A stretch of DNA of 64,000 bases from Macrostomum lignano. Its lineage: Eukaryota. The DNA lies in contig NIVC01001761.1 in assembly GCA_002269645.1 (NCBI GenBank), forward strand, positions 124,001-188,000. The letters are read 5' to 3'. The notes beneath the pieces are model-generated. The model worked only from the letters and a program-made list of their open reading frames with translations, had not been told where the DNA came from and did not search any database. The position numbers and the translations under genes are program-made. This document shows, in pieces, positions 52,801 to 64,000 of this stretch (its first letter is position 1; each line of letters opens with the position of its first letter).

Positions 52801-55800
52801 GCCGGCCTGGTGAAATTGGTACGCCATGGCCTCCCATTCCTCCTTGCCGGATAGGACAGTCTGGCAGAGCTCAGCGGCCTGGCCGAACTGCCCGACAGAC
52901 AGCAGGTGATCAATGTACTTCCGGCCGACGCTGGCCGCAGTGAACTCCCCTATCGAGCCGCCTTGTTGGACATCGTCGAGGGCCTGTTTGAATTTGCCGC
53001 GCGACAGCAGCCACTGCAGATGGTCGGACCTGTCCCGCTGCTGGGCGCAGATGATGTCCTTGGGGCACACAATAAAGTACATGCCCTCTGAGCGAAGTTG
53101 CTCAAACCGAAAGTTTGCTGGGCTGTAGCGCTCGAAACCGCGCACCTGGAATTGCCAGGTCAGCCCTGGTTACCAACTGCCTCGCTTTGCAGAAGCGAGA
53201 AGTTTGAAGTGATAAGCTTAAAGCAGACTGTTGGACGCAACAAGGACTGCAGCCTACTAGACCCGGCCACTGCAATCTACTAGACCCGGCCACTGCAACC
53301 TACTAGACCCGGCCACTGCAGCCTACTAGACCCGGCCACTGCAGCCTACTAGACCCGGCCACTGCAGCCTACTAGACCCGGCCATTGCAGCCTACTAGAC
53401 CCGGCCACTGCAGCCTACTAGACCCGGCCACTGGAGCCTACGAGACCCGGCCACTGCAACCTACTAGACCTGGCTACTGCAACCTACTAGACCCGGCCAC
53501 TGCAGTCTACTAGACCCCTCGGTCACCTTGAGCTCCTCAATCGCGAGCTCCACGTAGGTGTCGATGCCGGGCTCCACCAGGTGCAGCTGCGGCTTCTCCT
53601 TTTCCTTCTGGCTGAGCAGCAGCAGCTCCTTGCCGAAGCCGCAGATGCCGCAGACGGTCATCGGGAAGCTGAAGCTGGCCACGATCTGGCCGACTCTTCG
53701 GCCGCTGTTCGGGTCCGGGGCGATGCGGCAGATGTACACGCTGCGGCGGAAGGCGGCGATGAAGTTCGCCTCATCGGAGGCCTGCAATGGAGGGCCCGGG
53801 GCGTCCGAAACTCAAAGGAAGGCGTAAAGATATAGGTCAAAGGATGGGTTAGAGAATGGGTCAAAGGATGGGTTAGAGATTGGGTCAAATGATGGGTTAG
53901 AGATTGGGTCAAAGGATGGGTTAGAGATTGGGTCAAAGGATGGGTTAGAGAATGGGTCAAAGGATGGGTTAGAGATTGGGTCAAAGGATGGGTTAGAGAT
54001 TGGGTCAAAGGATGGGTTAGAGAATGGGTCAAAGGATGGGTTAGAGATTGGGTCAAAGGATGGGTTAGAGAATGGGTCAAAGGATGGGTCAAAGGATGGG
54101 TCAGAGGATGGGTCAGAGGATGGATTAGAGAATGGGTCAAAAAATGGGTCAGAGGATGGGTCAGAGGATGGGTTAGAGAATGGGTCAAAAAATGGGTCAG
54201 AGGATGGGTCAGAGGATGGGTTAGAGAATGGGTCAAAGGATGGGTTAGAGAATGGGTCAAAGGATGGGTTAGAGAATGGGACAAAGGATGGGTCAAAGGA
54301 TGGGTCAGAGGATGGATTAGAGAATGGATTAGAGAATGGGTCAAAAAATGGGTCAGAGGATGGGTCAGAGGATGGGTTAGAGAATGGGTCAAAGGATGGG
54401 TTAGAGAATGGGTCAAAGGATGGGTTAGAGAATGGGACAAAGGATGGGTCAAAGGATGGGTCAGAGGATGGATTAGAGAATGGATTAGAGAATGGGTCAA
54501 AAAATGGGTCAGAGGATGGGTCAGAGGATGGGTTAGAGAATGGGTCAAAGGATGGGTCAGAGGATAGATTAGAGAATGGGTCAGAGAATGGGTCAGAGGA
54601 TGGATTAGAGAATGGGTCAAAAAATGGGTCAGAGGATGGGTCAGAGGATGGGTTAGAGAATGGTCAAAGGATGGGTCAGAGGATGGATTAGAGAATGGGT
54701 CAAAGGATGGGTCAGAGGATGGATTAGAGAATGGGTCAAAGGATGGGTCAGAGGATGGGTCAAATAATGAGTCGAAAAATGGGTCAGAGGATGGATTAGA
54801 GAATGGGTCAAAGGATGGGTCAGAGGATGGGTCAGAGAATGGGTCAAATAATGAGTCGAAAAATGGGTCAGAGGATGGGTCAGAGGATGGGTTAGAGAAT
54901 GGGTCAGAGAATGGGTCAGAGGATGGATTAGAGAATGGGTCAAAGGATGGGTCAGAGGATGGGTCAGAGGATGGGTCAGAGAATGGGTCAAATAATGAGT
55001 CGAAAAATGGGTCAGAGGATGGGTCAATGAATGGGTTAGAGAATGGGTCAAAGGATGGGTCAGAGGATGGGTCAAAGGATGGGTCAATAATAACAATAAT
55101 AATTGATTACACCTGTCCCAATGGGCAGATGTGCAACGACAGCTCAGCCTGGGGGGTCGCCACACACACACACACACACACACACCCTAAATTACCCCAG
55201 CTAATGCTGGCACCCATTTTACAGCTGGGTGAACTGAAGCAATGCAGAGTTGAATGTCTTGCTCAAGGACACAAATTGTTCCGAGTGGGTCAAGAATCGA
55301 ACCCCAGACCTTTCAGTCGTGAGTCGACGCTCTGACCACTAGGCTAAAACCCCTAACTATGGGTTAATGGATGGGACACATGATGGGTTAAAGGATGGGT
55401 CAGGGGATGGGTCACATGATGGGTTAAAGGATGGGTCAGGGGATGGGTCATTAAATGTGAAAATGTCCCTCAAACCTGAATGAAAGCGGCTGTCCTGTCG
55501 GTCTCGGTGGCCGGCCTGGGCAGAGAGGTGAGGCTGCGCCGCTCCACCAGGCAGTAGGCCCGGACGCCCTCCTCGGTGCCCCACACCACCAGGCTGTTGG
55601 CCCACACAATGCAGCGAATGGCGCCGCAGTTCGGCCTGGCCTCCGCCAGCACGCGGTGCTGCTTCTTGATGAAGCCGGGCTCCACCAGGATCAGCCGGTC
55701 GTCGCCAGTGACGTATGACTGCGTGGCGGCGAAGTTCGGCGAGATGGCCACGGCGTACACCTGTTAATGAATTCGTAAAATTTCATACAACTGACGTAGC

Positions 55801-56583
55801 TAGTGTCTCAGAGTACTTTTAATGCCTGGGTCTACTTTTTCTTTCACTACTAAACCAGGCTACTGCAGCCATACTTTTACTTTCATTGTCTGGAGTGCAA
55901 TTTTAGTCCACATGTACTTTTAGTGTGTACTTTCATTACCTGGAGTACACTTTTAAGTGTACTTTCAGTGCCGCCCGAGTGAATCATGAACTCATTTCAC
56001 ACTAAAGAAGACAGTAAACTCCATAAGCTCAAAACTTTACAAGCTTTTTGAGTTTTCTAAAGTGTATAGCTTATTGCTAAAATGCCCCCCTCTACTGTCT
56101 AGTGGCTGATGTCAGGATGCACTTTGCGTGCACAGCATTGGCAGAGGACAATGTGGCTTTGAGAACCCACTCAGCCCTCACCGGCTTGTCCAGCTTCAGA
56201 GTGGAATAAGTCTTCTTGTTGAAAAGGTTGTGGATGATGACTCTCTCGTCCATGGAGCAGCTGGCCAGGTACTCGCCCTTCTCGTCCACGGAGATCTGAT
56301 TGACTGTGGTGCTATGGCCGGACAAAGACCTGCCCTGGATATTGTTGCCCATGTGGTCAAGAATGTAGATGTTGCCCCAGTTGGTGCCAACGCAGATGAA
56401 CTTGCTGTGCACGGCTAAACAGGTGATGAAGTCTTTGTCCAGGATGCGCGGCAGATCTGTGTTGCCCTGCCCGACCCGGTGGTACTTGAGCCGCGGCTCC
56501 AGCTCCTCGTACTCCGCCTCGCTGTCGCAGCCAGCCTCGGGTGGCTCCTCGGTGGCCTCGCGGCTTTCCTCGAGCTTCTCCAT
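49851..56583 (-). CDS. VPS41: Vacuolar protein sorting 41 (HOPS subunit; WD40, clathrin repeat, RING-H2), 9 exons, about 840 aa
   Basis: Exons (minus): 56583-56182, 55760-55476, 53781-53527, 53145-52781, 52106-51962, 51875-51637, 51053-50733, 50658-50383, 50084-49851. Motifs EPRLKYHRV, ITCLAVHSKFICVGTNWGNIYILDHMGN, YFIVCPKDII...RDRSDHLQWLL, VDPAILIHKI, C-terminal CVRC...CGHYFHAEC...CPAC. One base is missing in exon 6 (near 51797). Confidence 0.93.
50130..50335. repeat. 23-bp minisatellite CTCACTGAGACCTATTCTCTAAT, VPS41 last intron
   Basis: Direct inspection. Confidence 0.9.
51070..51620. repeat. 24-bp minisatellite CAATTACAGCCATATTTACAGTCA plus a 12-bp AAATTACAGCC-type tail, VPS41 intron
   Basis: Direct inspection. 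Confidence 0.95.
52200..52762. repeat. 23-bp C-rich minisatellite CCCCACTCCCAATGCCCCAGCCA (G-rich on the VPS41 sense strand)
   Basis: Direct inspection. Confidence 0.95.
53250..53517. repeat. 23-bp minisatellite CTACTAGACCCGGCCACTGCAGC, VPS41 intron
   Basis: Direct inspection. Confidence 0.9.
53835..55085. repeat. 12-bp GGG-periodic array (GGGTTAGAGAAT/GGGTCAAAGGAT), VPS41 intron; resumes at about 55365-55450 after the SINE
   Basis: Direct inspection. Confidence 0.95.
55087..55352 (-). mobile_element. tRNA-derived SINE with CORE/Meta-like central domain and TG/TTA simple-repeat tail
   Basis: Minus-strand head with A box TAGCCTAGTGGTC and B box GGTTCGATTC. Central part CCCATTTTACAGCTGGGTGAACTGAAGCAATGCAGAGTTGAATGTCTTGCTCAAGGACAC (+ strand) resembles the MIR/CORE segment. 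Confidence 0.8.
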
Positions 56584-56649
56584 GAAGACCAAAAAAGAAG
56601 CGCAGTGCAAAGTGCGATTTGTAAGTGCATTCATGCAGTTAAATGCAGT

Positions 56650-57087
56650 GCACCTGCATCCCTGCCTACCCTGACCTGCATCCCTGCCTACTCTGACCTG
56701 CATCCCTGCCTACTCTGACCTGCATCCCTGCCTACTCTGACCTGCATCCCTGCCTACCCTGACCTGCATCCCTGCCTACTCTGACCTGCATCCCTGCCTA
56801 CCCTGACCTGCATCCCTGCCTACTCTGACCTGCATCCCTGCCTACCCTGACCTGCATCCCTGCCTACCCTGACCTGCATCCCTGCCTACTCTGACCTGCA
56901 TCCCTGCCTACCCTGACCTGCATCCCTGCCTACTCTGACCTGCATCCCTGCCTACCCTGACCTGCATCCCTGCCTACCCTGACCTGCATCCCTGCCTACC
57001 CTGACCTGCATCCCTGCCTACTCTGACCTGCATCCCTGCCTACCCTGACCTGCATCCCTGCCTACCCTGACCTGCATCCCTGCCTAC
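56650..57087. repeat. 22-bp minisatellite TGACCTGCATCCCTGCCTACCC upstream of the VPS41 ATG
   Basis: Direct inspection. Confidence 0.95.
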
Positions 57088-57109
57088 TTGCATAATTACA
57101 GATCGATGA

Positions 57110-58280
57110 CCCGCAACCTTTCAACCCAGTCTCTCTCACCTGCAACCCTTCAACCCAGTCTCACTCACCAGCAACCCATCAACCCAGTTTCTCTCACCTG
57201 CAACCCTTCAACCCAGGCTCTCACCTGCAACCCTTCAACCCAGTCTCGCTCACCTGCAACCCATCAACCCAGTCTCTCACCTGCAACCCTTCAACCCAGG
57301 CTCTCACCTGCAACCCTTTAACCCAGTCTCTCTCACCTGCAACCCTTTAACCCATTCTCTCTCACCTGCAACCCATCAACCCAGTCTCTCACCTGCAACC
57401 CTTCAACCCAGTCTCTCTCACCTGCAACCCTTCAACCCAGTCTCTCACCTGCAACCCTTTAACCCGGTCTCTCTTGCCTGCAACCCATCAACCCAGTCTC
57501 TCACCTGCAACCCTTCAACCCAGGCTCTCACCTGCAACCCTTCAACCCAGTCTCTCACCTGCAACCCTTCAAGCCAATTTCTCTCACCTGCAACCCTTCA
57601 ACCCAGGCTCTCACCTGCAACCCTTCAACCCAGTCTCTCTCACCTGCAACCCATCAACCCAGTCTCTCACCTGCAACCCTTCAACCCAGGCTCTCACCTG
57701 CAACCCTTCAACCCAGTCTCTCTCACCCGCATCTCTTCGACCCAGTCTCTCACCTGAAACCCTTCAACCCAGTCTCTCTCACCCGCATCTCTTCAACCCA
57801 GTCTCTCTCACCTGCAACCCTTTAACCCAGTCTCTCTCACCTGCAAACCTTTAACCCATTCTCTCTCACCTGCAACCTATCAACCCAGTCTCTCACCTGC
57901 AACCCTTCAACCCAGTCTCTCTCACCTGCAACCCTTTAACCCAGTCTCTCTCACCTGCAACCCTTTAACCCATTCTCTCTCACCAGCAACTCTTCAACCC
58001 AGTCTCTCCCACCTGCAACCCTTCAACCCAGTCTCTCACCTGCAACCCTTTAACCCATTCTCTCTCACCTGCAACCCATCAACCCAGTCTCTCCCACCTG
58101 CAACCCTTCAACCCAGTCTCTCACCTGCAACCCTTTAACCCGGTCTCTCTCACCTGCAACCCTTCAACCCAGTCTCTCACCTGCAACCCTTCAACCCAGT
58201 CTCTCACCTGCAACCCTTCAACCCAGTCTCTCACCTGCAACCCTTCAACCCAGTTTCTCTCACCTGCAACCCTTCAACCC
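57110..58280. repeat. About 27-bp minisatellite CAACCCTTCAACCCAGTCTCTCACCTG; minus unit contains CAG|GTGAGA
   Basis: Direct inspection, about 40 copies. Confidence 0.95.
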
Positions 58281-58769
58281 GTTTATTTATTTAAGTCCAT
58301 GCAAATGGAATTTCTAAGACACGGTGCCATTTCCACCAATCAGCACATCTAATCAACATTAAAAGTATTGAAAATGAGATCTAAATGATAAAGCCCAGCT
58401 CAGCGAGTAATAAAGCAGGCCATAAAGCCGCAGCCTTAGCCATACAAAATGCACAAATGAACAGCTTATTTATTAGAAAGCGAGCAGGAGACTTTGCTTG
58501 TAATAAAAAAACACTAAAGATAGTGGTAATAGAAGCCGATTAATGCCAGGAAATTCAAGATAAAACACGAGTTGAAATGATAAAGAAATGCTTAATTCAA
58601 ACCGAACTATATATAAATCGTGTAGGGGGGGATTGCCAATGCTTTAAATTTCTGTTACTGAAATCGTTACTGAGCAGCAACAAGGTCATCTTCAAAGAGT
58701 TAAAAGGCAGTATAAACGGACACTTTTTGTACTGCAAAATATACAGCGGGTCTGTTGACCTCCGGGCCC

Positions 58770-61700
58770 TCAGCCGCTGCATTCTCGCTGAGACGCGCCA
58801 GCGGCCGACATGGCAAACCGGTTGACCTCCTGGTAGAACTCCTGGCGCTCCTCCAGCAGCAGGCGGCGCTGAGACTCCAGGTGCTCGCGCTCCCTGTCCA
58901 TCAGCGACTCCAGCTCATGGAAGTGGCGCAGCTTAGCTTCAATCTTCTTTGCCTGAGCCTCCACTAGAGAGCCCACCAGGCTCTTGATCCTGGACTCCTC
59001 AGCCTGTGCCAGCTGCTTGGCGCTTGCCGCCGCTGCGGCCAGGGCTGAGGCCGGCTCAGCCTTCTTGGCCTCTTCATCCGCTGCCTCTCTGGGACTCATG
59101 GCGGGATCTGCTGCCACCTTGGGACTCTTGGCGGGATCCGCTGCCGCCTTGGGACTCTTGGCGGGATCTGCTGCCGCCTTGGGACTCTTGGCGGGATCCG
59201 CTGCCGCTTTGGGACTCTTGGCGGTATCTGCTGCCGCCTTGGGACTCTTGGCGGGATCCGCTGCCTCTTTGGGACTCTTGGCGGGATCTGCTGCCGCCTT
59301 GGGACTCTTGGCGGGATCCGCTGCCTCTTTGGGACTCTTGGTGGGATCCGCTGAATCCTTGGGACTCTTGGCGGGATCCGCTGCCTCTTTGGGACTCTTG
59401 GCGGGATCCGCTGCCTCTTTGTCGCCGACGCTCTGCTGGTGAGCCTTGAGCACGCAGCTGGGAATCTCGTCCCTCATCTTGGCGTACTCGTCCAGAGCAG
59501 CCTTGGTGGCGGCGCTGGCAATCCTGGGATCAACAGTGGCAGCCAGGAAGGCCACGGTGCACATGATGGGGTTGCCGGCCTTGCTGAAGGGAATCGGCTG
59601 GTGGATCAGCGGGCCCAGCGCCTCTTCGGCGCCCTCTAAAAACGGATCCTCGATCGGCAGCTTCAGGAAGTGCAGCACGCACTCCTCCTGGGTGCGGGAC
59701 CCCACGTGCTCGGCCACTCGGTTCCAGTCGTCTTTGAATAGCTCAAGGCCCTCCAGCAGGCTCAGCGTCTCCTGGTCAGTCCAGTCCGACTTGCGGCTGG
59801 CCGGCGGCTTGTCCGGCAGCTTCGAGCTCGCCTCGGACTTCTGGATGTCGCTAGCGGCGTCCTTTGAGCTGTCCTTGGCAGACGGATGAGCGGCGCCGTT
59901 CACTTTTTCGCTGGCGCCGGACGGCGGCGCGGGTTTCAGCGGCGCCAGACAAGCCGGGCTGTCCGATAGGGCGCGGAAATTCGACGCAGATGGCGGGCCA
60001 AGAGCGGCGAGCTTGGACTCCTTGTCCACCTGTCGGTGTCCATGCAGGGGTGAACGAGGTGGATGCAGTGAGTCACGCGAGCTACGATGAGCTTACGGCT
60101 GAGGGAAACCCCGGACTAAGACTCAAACTCCTACTGTGGGGTCGAACAAAGACTCAAACGCCTACTGTGGGGTCGGACAAAGACTCAAACTCTACTGTTG
60201 GGTCGGATAAAAACTCAAACTCTACTGTTGGGCCGGACAAAGACTCAAGCTCTACTGTGGGGTCGGACAAAGACTCAAACTCTACTGTGGGGTCGGACAA
60301 AGACTCAAACTCTACTGTTGGGTCGGATAAAAACTCAAACTCTACTGTTGGGTCGGACAAAGACTCAAGCTTTACTGTGGGGTCGGACAAAGACTCAAAC
60401 TCTACTGTGGGGTCGGACAAAGACTGAAACTCTACTGTGGGGTCAGACAAAGACTCAAACTCTACTATAGGTCAGACAAAGACTCAAACCCTACTGTGGG
60501 GTTTAGACAAAGACTCAAACTCTACTGTGGGGTTGGACAAAGACTCAAACTCTACTGTTGGGTCGGATAAAAACTCAAACTCTACTGTTGGGTCGGACAA
60601 AGACTCAAGCTTTACTGTGGGGTCGGACAAAGACTCAAACTCTACTGTGGGGTCGGACAAAGACTTAAACTCTACTGTGGGGTCGGACAAAGACTCAAAC
60701 TCTACTGTGGGGTCGGACAAAGACTCAAACTCTACTGTGGGGTCAGACAAAGACTCAAACTCTACTGTGGGGTTTAGACAAAGACTCAAACTCAAAGCAA
60801 AAACTCAAGTCCAGCCTCACCTGATAGTTGATGAGGCCCCACTGTTCCAGGAAAGCGTGCACCCTGAGGATGCCGCACACGTCGCCATGCAAATTCCGCC
60901 TGCAGGCAGTGAAGGTGAGGTACTCCTGCGGGTTGAGCCTGTAGGTGTCAATCATGAAGTTGCGGCAGGCCAGGTAGGCCTCAGGAGTTTTGGTCGGTCG
61001 GCCTTCGAGGAAGAACTCCGGAAGGCTGCGCCTCTCCAGCGCGTGGATGGAGTTGTAGTCGAACCAGGTGGCGTAGGAGGGCACGATGATGGCGTGCGCC
61101 TGCTCAGTCACCGTCACGTCGTCTGCTGCCGCTTTCTGCAGTTTAGAGCGCGTATTCAATGAAGCTAATTAATGCTGGGAATCCAATTCTTGGGATTCGT
61201 AATGAATGTTAAGAAATAATTGGCCTAAGAATTGAACTGTATGGTGGGATAACTGTTTATTTGAATCGGATGCTGGAAATTATCTGTTGATATTCGAATT
61301 GGATGACGGGAATTCCTCTGATGGAATTTGGATTGGATGCCGGGAATTCGCAAGGATCAGATTGGATGCCGGGAATTCCCCTGCTAAATTCAGATTGGAT
61401 GCCGGGAATTCCCCTGCTGGATTCAGATTGGATGCCGGGAATTCCCCTGCTGGAATCAGATTGGATGCCGGGAATTCCCTTGCTAGAATCGGATTGGATG
61501 CCGGGAATTCCCCTGCTGGAATCGGATTGGATGCCGGGAATTCCCCTGCTGGAATCAGATTGGATGCCGGGAATTCCCCTGCTGGAATCGGATTGGATGC
61601 CGGGAATTCCCCTGCTGGAATCGGATTGGATGTCGGGAATTACCCTGCTGGAATCGGATTGGATGCCGGGAATTCCCCTGCTGGAATCGGACTGGATGCC

Positions 61701-62137
61701 GGGAATTCCCCTGCTGGAATCGGATTGGATGCCGGGAATTCCCCTGCTGGAATCGGACTGGATGCCGGGAATTCCCCTGCTGGAATCGGATTGGATGCCG
61801 GGAATTCCTTTGTTGAGAGTCGGATCCAATTAACAACCAATCAGGAATTCACCTGTCCATTAAAATCGTCCTGATCGCCATTCCCGCTGTCCCTGTCGCT
61901 GCCTGCGCTCCCAGCCGAAGTGCCACCAGCGGCCTCGGCTGCAGCTCCATCGCTGCTGCAGCTGCGAGAGTCAGCTTCCTCCAGCCGCTGAATCAGCTGG
62001 CGAGTCCTCTTGTTCTCACTTCTGGTCAGCAGTTTCCGACTGCTCAAATCTGAGGCTCTGGCTGCCCCATTCAATGCAGCAGACGGGGCTGGCGATTTCT
62101 CGGGCGATGGGGATCTGGCTCGCTTGTGAAGCTTCAT
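58770..62137 (-). CDS. SMARCC2: SWI/SNF core subunit SMARCC1/2 (BAF155/170, Moira/Swi3): SWIRM, SANT, coiled coil; further 5' exons may lie upstream
   Basis: Exons (minus): 62137-61853, 61135-60821, 60029-58770, all phase 0. SWIRM: [33 protein letters not shown]...[29 protein letters not shown]...[19 protein letters not shown]: [47 protein letters not shown]. Coiled coil: [17 protein letters not shown]. Confidence 0.93.
59095..59420 (-). repeat. Coding 30-bp repeat in SMARCC encoding 11 x (A)KSPKxAADP
   Basis: In frame within the 60029-58770 exon; no convincing splice sites bracket it. Confidence 0.9.
60110..60790. repeat. 30-bp minisatellite GACTCAAACTCTACTGTGGGGTCGGACAAA, SMARCC intron
   Basis: Direct inspection. 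Confidence 0.95.
61300..61810. repeat. 33-bp minisatellite GGGAATTCCCCTGCTGGAATCGGATTGGATGCC, SMARCC intron
   Basis: Direct inspection. Confidence 0.95.
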
Positions 62138-63086
62138 CTGGCTGCAGCATTGGGTGAGGATGTGGTTTGTATGGCTCCAACAAATACAGACAAAACAGAC
62201 AGAGTAAGATTAGTTATAGTATCTTCAAGTATATGGTGTGTTTGCTCTTGAAGTCAAAATATACTAAGCAAAAAGCTATCCAAATTTACCCATGCTCAAA
62301 TCAGTCATTCGCAGATTTTCTTTGACAACAGTAGGAGTTATGTGCCCTCTGCCGCAGGAATTTCCGTGGGAAAACCACGGGCCTACAGTGTGTGAACATA
62401 GGAGCCTATGTAAATGCATTGGTGCGCTCTGCCACAGGAATTACCATGAAAAAGCCATGGGCCCGCATCGGGCGGGCGCCTATGTGGGAGAACTCTGCAG
62501 AGAAAGCCATGGAAATAGCGTGGGGCCTAATGAGAGAACATAGCCGCTGTTGTTTTAATACATGCCATGGACTCTGCTCCTGGACTCAAAGTACATTGTT
62601 TTAAGCCGACAATACACGTTTGTAAATTGCAGTAAGTTTTCCTAAGTTTGAAAAATCTCACTTCCATGCCTCTCATCTCAACAAGAGTTCCCTAAACATT
62701 TGTGTGCTGACTATACGATCATTCCATTGAAACAAAAATAAAATCGTAGCAATTTGGCTGCGTAAAATGTGTCCTGTAGGAAGTTTTGATTTTTTAATAA
62801 ACATTTCAGTGAGAGTCTTTTTAGATGGTGACTGCGTTTGGTCATGGGTGCCTCTGCACTTGAGTAAATTGGACTGAATGTTTTGTGAAAGTGAACTTTT
62901 AAAGCGCCGTTTATTGCTTTGTTTTTGTTGATATTGCTGGTTTTTATTGAATTCGGCGGCGGGAGAGTGGGGTGGCGGTCTTTAAAACTAACTGGTACAC
63001 TGGGCGGGGAATGTTATCAGTTTTATTACTTTTGTTCAATAACGATAAGAAAATAATTAGTGTATACACATATGTAACGTGTAAAC

Positions 63087-63744
63087 TAGGGGTCACTGAA
63101 ACTAGGGCTTTTTCCGGGATCCCGGGATTCACAGGGTCGGGATTCAATCCCGGAAAGTTTATGCTATGTTTTTATTATGTCTGATATAATAGCATTTAGC
63201 AAGACAGTTAGGTAAAATATCGAACATGCATGCATCCATGTCCACTCTCCGCTGCCCACTTTGTAAAATCTTTGATGTTGAGTTCAGTCTTGTTTAAATA
63301 ATTTAACCTTGATTTTAAATTTTGAACTCATCGTGCATGTCGTGACAACCTTGACAACGTGAATGCCCACTGCCCAGACAGTAGTAGGTTGTGATTGTGA
63401 ATGTAATATATACATTCATATTGCTTTGCACAGTGATACATGTACATTACATAATCCAATATATGTCATACATAATATATATATGCATATTACAATATTG
63501 ATATTGCGAGTAGTAACATACTACTATAATATTTAATATACTACGAGTATAATAACATCATTATTATAATTTTATATATTACATTACCAGCCTAGCATTA
63601 CCCCTTTAGCTCCTACCATAACTGTAAGCGTTATAAAAATGTCAGTCGCAGCATTTTTATGACATTATAACTATGTTGTGACAAGGATGGTACTGGAAAA
63701 TATAACTCCCGGGATGGACAGAATACGGGATTTTGTGACCCCTA
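63087..63744. mobile_element. hAT-type MITE (TIR TAGGGGTCAC, 8-bp TSD GTGTAAAC)
   Basis: TSD at 63079-63086 and 63745-63752; subterminal CGGGAT motifs at both ends. Confidence 0.85.
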
Positions 63745-64000
63745 GTGTAAACATATCTGTGTGTGTGCATATGGGGCAAATTGCCTGGTGATTTGGATAT
63801 AAGGAAGGACTGAAAACTTTCTATTGCCCCAATAAAGTCAGATTTTTTTAAACTCTACCGTTTGGAATTCTGTTGAAAAACAATAATGAGCAGGACACGT
63901 TGCCCATCCTATGTGCATGAGGTTTGCACAACCTGCAATATAAGCAGACTCGGTGGGTTCAAACCGTATGAGCACACTGCTCGTGAGACCTGCTGCATCA

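Noticed and set aside
53835-55085. Interstitial telomere
   Set aside because: The periodicity is 12 bp with GGGTTAG only as part of the unit; there are no tandem TTAGGG runs.

Overview
Eukaryotic, intron-containing animal DNA with GC-rich exons, an AT-rich transposon-littered intergenic block (about 8-19 kb) and a different tandem repeat in almost every intron. This style is consistent with a free-living flatworm such as Macrostomum (inference, not proven). I reconstructed eight protein genes by hand from splice sites and phase. On the minus strand: Scm/SCMH1-like (2xMBT-SLED-SAM), a secreted PAN/apple + LamG-like protein, SNX19-like (TM-PXA-PX-PXC), VPS41 and SMARCC1/2-like. On the plus strand: GPATCH3, a two-exon orphan secreted protein and an intronless 1120-aa channel with N-terminal ankyrin repeats fused to a TRPM-type core. 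Mobile DNA includes a DD34D mariner with 198-bp perfect TIRs, three hAT-type elements with 8-bp TSDs, a CCC...GGG element with a BEN-like remnant, a tRNA-head CORE/Meta-type SINE, a Penelope-type minimal hammerhead motif, a PHD mini-ORF and a retroviral-type protease remnant. The most interesting observations are the ankyrin-TRPM fusion and several minisatellites whose units copy the adjacent splice site or stop codon. Four apparent single-base deletions (Scm, VPS41, two in the mariner) look like long-read assembly errors. Most long ORFs in the supplied track are artefacts of tandem repeats.
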